Below, in pieces: positions 17,101-18,443 of a stretch of DNA of 18,443 bases (the first letter of the stretch is position 1; every line of letters begins with the position of its first letter). The notes under the pieces are model-generated. The model saw only the letters and a program-made list of their open reading frames with translations. It searched no databases and was not told the DNA's origin. The DNA is taken from assembly GCA_000004985.1 (NCBI GenBank), contig GG738963.1; one strand, written 5' to 3'. The position numbers were made by a program, and so were the translations under genes. Origin of the DNA: Naegleria gruberi (lineage: Eukaryota).

Positions 17101-18443
17101 CATGTACCATGTATGATATGGATGAATGTCTAAATGATATTAATGTATTTAATTATGATGTATAGATGTATTGGAAGTGAATTGAAGTGGTATAGATTTC
17201 TATCTTCAATGTTAGTATAGGTCAGTTGACAAGTTGAATAGTAAATTTCTTGAAATGATACCAAAGTATTTGAAATTGATATATATTGTTATTAACATGA
17301 TTTATAAGGTGATATATTGATTTGAAATGATTTTGAAATGTTTTCATTGATATTCTAATTGTCTAATTTATTATATGAAATTAACTTATATCTGTGGTCA
17401 GGTTCTCGGCGCATTTTTGTGATGCTCCCAAAAAACATGGAATGCTCCCAAAGCTGATTTACCTGTAGGGGTAATTGGATGCGCCAATAACACCGATTTA
17501 TTACTTAAGCAAATTCACTCAACTTCAACAAAGCATATCTCAATAACAACACTGGATGTTAGAGAAACATACCGTATGGTCATTATTAATTATGTTAACA
17601 ATCATAATATCAAGTTTGTTACGGATTTGGCTCTTTACTTATCGAGAAAAGTGATTTCAAAATTTTCATATGTGGTAGTAAGACGAGCATGTTTTCTTGG
17701 TTAATACAAATAACTGATATTCAATAAAACAGAATCTTGTAGAAAACATCAATTAGAACAAGAATAATAAATAATATTTTTATTTCACTAAGTATTAAAT
17801 TTAATATTTCCTTTTTTGTAAGGAGCATTGCAAAAATACGGGAAAAACATTTCCACAGATATAAGTCATTATAATTATGTAATATTATGTTATAATATGA
17901 TTATATATTCAATTTGGAGTATATTGATATATAATATATTGATTTATAATGAGTATTTATTGAGATAATGAATTAAGATGAATAAAAGTCAAAATGTTGG
18001 GTCTGACCTTAGTCGTGGGTTTGGGTTTGGTTAGGATTCAGAGTTGATTTATTTGGGTTATTTAAGAGATTACTTTGTGAAGATTCATATCATTGATTAT
18101 ATTTCTTATCATCTTTTAATGATGTTAATTTGATGGTTTCATTTCTTGTATTGATAGATATTTAAAGGTCAGGTCAGTACTAACTTTTGAATTATGGACT
18201 TTGAGAAGTCAAATGTTTGGGACGTGAATCTACTCATTAGATTGAATAGGTATTGCTAATAAAGGAACATTTCATTGATTTATTGATTATAACGGTCAAA
18301 TTGAGTTGAATGGAAGTGAATCTAATGTTGATTCATCGTGGATGGGTAGTTTCGCCACGAAGTGGTGCAACTACCAACCTTTGTAGATTGAATCAGGTTG
18401 ATTTGCATGCAATATGAATAAGTAACATTATCAAGAGTGATTA
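14120..18443. repeat. ORF-free, very AT-rich, low-complexity block, probably satellite-like or a transposable-element relic.
   Basis: No ORF of 80 aa or more on any frame in 4.3 kb. The longest, 78 aa on the minus strand, is low-complexity. This contrasts with a gene every 1-2 kb to the left. The sequence is dominated by the words TGATAT, ATTGAA, ATATGA and GAAATTGAT, with only short imperfect repeats. A 14-mer tactgtatcaattt recurs at 16448 and 17028. No clean tandem period is visible by eye. Confidence 0.5.

Noticed and set aside
17425-17455. U6 snRNA 3' end on the minus strand (AGCATTCCATGTTTTTT vs U6 AGCGTTCCATATTTTT)
   Set aside because: The upstream sequence lacks the invariant U6 core (ACAGAGAAGATTAGCATGG, CGCAAATTCGTGAA). 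Only the terminal 16 nt resemble U6.
18331-18395. tRNA-like fold (gattcat...attgaatc acceptor-like pairing)
   Set aside because: It has no A-box or B-box (GGTTCGANTCC) and the arm geometry is wrong. It is just a hairpin.
1-18443. Prokaryotic features, CRISPR arrays, rRNA genes
   Set aside because: I saw no Shine-Dalgarno-linked compact operons, no regularly spaced direct repeats and no rRNA-like GC-rich conserved stretches. The genes have spliceosomal introns.

Overview
This window reads as draft-quality eukaryotic nuclear DNA. It is visibly AT-rich, uses standard TAA/TAG/TGA stops, and has two short GT..AG introns (93 nt and 38 nt). It contains two long N-runs (3406-6494, 3089 nt; 10760-14065, 3306 nt) and two isolated N's (3295, 14110). 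The left ~10.7 kb is gene-dense. On the minus strand there is an intact single-exon gene for an N-myristoylation-motif RCC1-like beta-propeller protein (9-1370) and a possible small acidic ORF (2616-2879). Four co-oriented plus-strand genes follow. The first is an RGS-box protein whose only visible exon runs into gap 1. The second is a two-exon PTGR1 / leukotriene-B4 12-hydroxydehydrogenase / zeta-crystallin-family NADP-dependent alkenal/enone reductase (7256-8404). The third is a 4-coumarate-CoA-ligase / luciferase (ANL) family acyl-CoA synthetase (8584-10221) that carries a 38-nt intron and, in this assembly, an uncorrected +1 frameshift. The fourth is a protein starting with an N-terminal C2 domain (10612-) that runs into gap 2. 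The right 4.3 kb (14120-18443) has no credible ORF and is very AT-rich and word-biased (TGATAT/ATTGAA/ATATGA). It contains three small GC-richer islands with related palindromic GGTAA/TTACC motifs. One island (17396-17500) has the layout of a small structured RNA, possibly a spliced-leader-like RNA. I found no prokaryotic operon signals, rRNA, convincing tRNA or CRISPR. The taxon cannot be fixed by eye. Candidates with this codon usage (aga/gga/cca/ttg/aag) and 38-93 nt introns include nematodes, rotifers and early-diverging fungi.
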